Assembly: GCF_003334405.1 (NCBI RefSeq)
Contig: NZ_QOWM01000002.1
DNA: 64,000 nt
Reading direction: 5' to 3' (one strand)
Origin: Escherichia coli
GTDB lineage: Bacteria > Pseudomonadota > Gammaproteobacteria > Enterobacterales > Enterobacteriaceae
In this document: one piece after another, positions 61,438 to 64,000 of the stretch
How positions within the stretch are numbered: the first letter of the stretch is position 1
Layout: each line of letters begins with the position of its first letter
Made by a program: the position numbers and the translations under genes
Notes under the pieces: model-generated
Database searches by the model: none
Told to the model about the DNA's origin: nothing
What the model saw: the letters and a program-made list of their open reading frames with translations, nothing else

Positions 61438-62286
61438 TTATTGCCGAACCAGTCTTGTGGTCGATGGGACAAAATCGCTATTACTGCGCCACGGGTTAAT
61501 GTCCAGACCGCCACGACGGGTATAACGTGCGTAAACGCTCAATTTTTCTGGCTGGCAGAAGCGTAACAGGTCATTAAAGATGCGTTCCACGCACTGTTCG
61601 TGGAACTCGTTGTGATGACGGAATGAGACCAGGTAACGCAGCAGTTTTTCTCTGTCAATTTGGCGTCCACGATACTGAATTTGGAGCGAACCCCAATCTG
61701 GTTGATGGGTGATCAGGCAGTTTGATTTCAGCAGGTGGCTGACAAGCGTCTCTTCCACTACTTTTTCACCACAGGTGGCATTCTCCAGATAGTCAGTAGT
61801 GAATTCATAGTTATCGATAGTGATATCCTGGTCATCAATGCAAGTGCCATTAAAATGACCTATCGGCTGGCCTTCCAGTTCATCAAGACGATATAACGCC
61901 ACGCTAATCTTACCCTGAGCGCAAGTGCTTAAGTCGCGCTCCAGCGTCTGGCGCACCTCATCCCAGTTATTAAAACGCGTCTGGTTAAAACTGTTGAGAT
62001 AGAGCTTAAAACTCTTCGACTCAATCAGATTTACGCTGGTGTAATCAAGTTCAACATGACCGACAGCGACCTGCGGCAAACCTTTCGCATTCAGCCAGGA
62101 AAGTTCATACAGCGTCCAGATATCCGTACCGTGAAAAGGCAGGTTATCCGCTTTCAGACCCAGCGGGTCGCGATTCAGGCTGCGTGGAACGCCTTGCAGT
62201 AGGCTGGCGTCATAGGTATCCCGGTAATCGGTTGATTTTCCAAGAGTCAGGCCCGCAAGTGCCTGATGGTTTGCATAAGAAGACAT
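61438..62286 (-). CDS. queF: NADPH-dependent 7-cyano-7-deazaguanine reductase
   Basis: 282 aa; type II QueF. Confidence 0.94.
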   Translation of the reverse strand: MSSYANHQALAGLTLGKSTDYRDTYDASLLQGVPRSLNRDPLGLKADNLPFHGTDIWTLYELSWLNAKGLPQVAVGHVELDYTSVNLIESKSFKLYLNSFNQTRFNNWDEVRQTLERDLSTCAQGKISVALYRLDELEGQPIGHFNGTCIDDQDITIDNYEFTTDYLENATCGEKVVEETLVSHLLKSNCLITHQPDWGSLQIQYRGRQIDREKLLRYLVSFRHHNEFHEQCVERIFNDLLRFCQPEKLSVYARYTRRGGLDINPWRSNSDFVPSTTRLVRQ

Positions 62287-62353
62287 GTTTCACCGTCATA
62301 AACCAGATAAACTAAACGACAAGTGTATCTGGTTTAAGTGAAGAGAGAAATTA

Positions 62354-62899
62354 GTGGACGATTTGACCGCACAAGCCCTGAAAGATTTTACTGCACGCTA
62401 CTGCGATGCGTGGCATGAAGAGCATAAAAGCTGGCCGTTAAGTGAGGAACTGTACGGTGTTCCTTCACCGTGCATTATTTCAACTACCGAAGATGCCGTA
62501 TACTGGCAACCCCAGCCGTTTACCGGGGAACAAAATGTAAACGCGGTTGAACGCGCTTTTGATATTGTGATACAACCCACAATTCATACCTTTTATACGA
62601 CTCAGTTTGCCGGGGATATGCACGCGCAGTTTGGCGATATCAAACTGACATTGCTGCAAACCTGGAGTGAAGACGACTTCCGTCGGGTGCAGGAAAATCT
62701 GATTGGTCATCTGGTGACTCAGAAAAGGCTAAAACTGCCGCCCACACTATTTATCGCGACGCTGGAAGAAGAGTTAGAGGTCATCTCGGTGTGTAATCTC
62801 TCCGGTGAAGTGTGCAAAGAGACGCTGGGAACACGTAAACGGACGCATTTAGCCTCAAATCTTGCGGAATTCCTTAATCAACTTAAGCCTCTTCTGTAA
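62354..62899 (+). CDS. syd: SecY-interacting protein Syd
   Basis: 181 aa, GTG start; full-length Syd. Confidence 0.92.
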
Positions 62900-63109
62900 T
62901 CCAAATACCCCATCTGGTTGTGAGAGATCTCTTACAGACTCTGTAGGAGATCGCCAGGAAATAAGCGAATACTTAAAAAGATAAGAATCGTTATTTTCAT
63001 TTAAAATCAAAATGTTGATTGTTAATTCTTAACTTTCATATGAAATTTTCCTTAAGGCATTGTCTGTAAGCGCCTTGTAAGACTTCGCGAAAAAGACGAT
63101 TCTATCTTC

Positions 63110-63475
63110 GTCGACAGGGAGTCAGACAACGAAGTGAACATCAGGATGATGACACTTCTGCAGGACACACCAGGATGGTGTTTCAGGGAAAGGCTTCTGG
63201 ATGAAGCGAAGAGGATGACGCAGGACGCGTTAAAGGACACCTCCAGGATGGAGAATGAGAACCGGTCAGGATGATTCGGTGGGTCAGGAAGGCCAGGGAC
63301 ACTTCAGGATGAAGTATCACATCGGGGTGGTGTGAGCAGGAAGCAATAGTTCAGGATGAACGATTGGCCGCAAGGCCAGAGGAAAAGTTGTCAAGGATGA
63401 GCAGGGAGCAACAAAAGTAGCTGGAATGCTGCGAAACGAACCGGGAGCGCTGTGAATACAGTGCTCCCTTTTTTT
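63110..63475 (+). ncRNA. csrB: CsrB regulatory RNA (CsrA-sequestering sRNA)
   Basis: About 366 nt carrying well over a dozen GGA motifs, mostly in CAGGA(U/A)G context, ending in hairpin GGGAGCGCTGTGAATACAGTGCTCCC + U7; lies between syd and yqcC. Confidence 0.93.
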
Positions 63476-63520
63476 ATTCCTGCTATCCTTCGCGGCAGTT
63501 TTTCTTATTGAGGTTGCTTT

Positions 63521-63850
63521 ATGACCACTCATGACCGCGTTCGTCTCCAGTTGCAGGCGCTTGAAGCGTTACTGCGTGAACATCAGCACTGGCGAAACGA
63601 TGAACCCCAGCCGCATCAATTTAATAGTACCCAACCGTTCTTTATGGACACCATGGAACCACTGGAGTGGTTGCAGTGGGTGCTGATCCCGCGAATGCAC
63701 GATTTGTTAGATAACAAACAGCCGTTACCGGGCGCTTTTGCCGTTGCACCCTATTATGAAATGGCGCTGGCGACGGACCATCCGCAACGCGCGCTTATTC
63801 TGGCTGAGCTGGAAAAACTGGATGCTCTTTTTGCGGATGATGCGAGCTAA
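63521..63850 (+). CDS. yqcC: DUF446-family protein
   Basis: 109 aa; stop overlaps the next ATG (TAATG). Confidence 0.88.
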   Translation: MTTHDRVRLQLQALEALLREHQHWRNDEPQPHQFNSTQPFFMDTMEPLEWLQWVLIPRMHDLLDNKQPLPGAFAVAPYYEMALATDHPQRALILAELEKLDALFADDAS

Positions 63851-64000
63851 TGCTGGAAATACTCTATCAGGATGAATGGCTGGTTGCGGTAAATAAACCC
63901 TCCGGCTGGCTGGTTCACCGCAGCTGGCTGGATCGCGACGAGAAAGTAGTGGTCATGCAAACCGTGCGTGACCAGATAGGCCAGCATGTTTTTACTGCTC
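63850..64000 (+). CDS. truC: tRNA pseudouridine(65) synthase TruC, N-terminal part (runs off the window end)
   Basis: ATG 63850; translation MLEILYQDEWLVAVNKPSGWLVHRSWLDRDEKVVVMQTVRDQIGQHVF... (RluA-family N-terminus). Confidence 0.8.
   Translation, partial: MLEILYQDEWLVAVNKPSGWLVHRSWLDRDEKVVVMQTVRDQIGQHVFTA

Noticed and set aside
63052-63532. Two minus-strand ORFs (62 and 71 aa) overlapping CsrB
   Set aside because: They lie within the CsrB sRNA and are an artefact of its GGA-repeat composition.

Overview
This window is a collinear stretch of Escherichia coli K-12-type core chromosome, reverse-complemented relative to the usual reference numbering, and I find no evidence of a novel system in it. 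Gene calls rest on reading the supplied ORF translations and recognising families and motifs; nothing was searched or computed. Gene order is: yqeH (partial), yqeG, yqeF, kduI-kduD, araE, ygeA, lysR/lysA, galR, OmrB/OmrA sRNAs, aas-lplT, tas, ygdR, ygdQ, mutH, the DARS2-like DnaA-box region, rppH-ptsP, lgt-thyA, ppdA-ppdB-ygdB-ppdC-recC-ptrA-recB-recD, argA, amiC, one tRNA-fMet, mltA, tcdA, csdE-csdA, ygdI, GcvB/gcvA, ygdD-rlmM, the fucose regulon (fucRUKIP / fucAO), xni, sdaB-sdaC, ppnN, queF, syd, CsrB, yqcC and the start of truC. That is about 58 protein genes, 4 sRNAs, 1 tRNA and several REP/BIME palindromes and terminators. There is no CRISPR array, no IS/transposase/integrase or phage gene, and no long ORF left unassigned. 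The most notable observation is a single initiator tRNA-fMet gene between amiC and mltA where, from memory, K-12 carries the tandem metZ-metW-metV triplet. Other points worth a second look are the DnaA-box cluster between mutH and rppH, a BIME bracketed by two near-identical hairpins, dyad operators in the fuc and kdu control regions, and the AT-rich edge at yqeH/yqeG.
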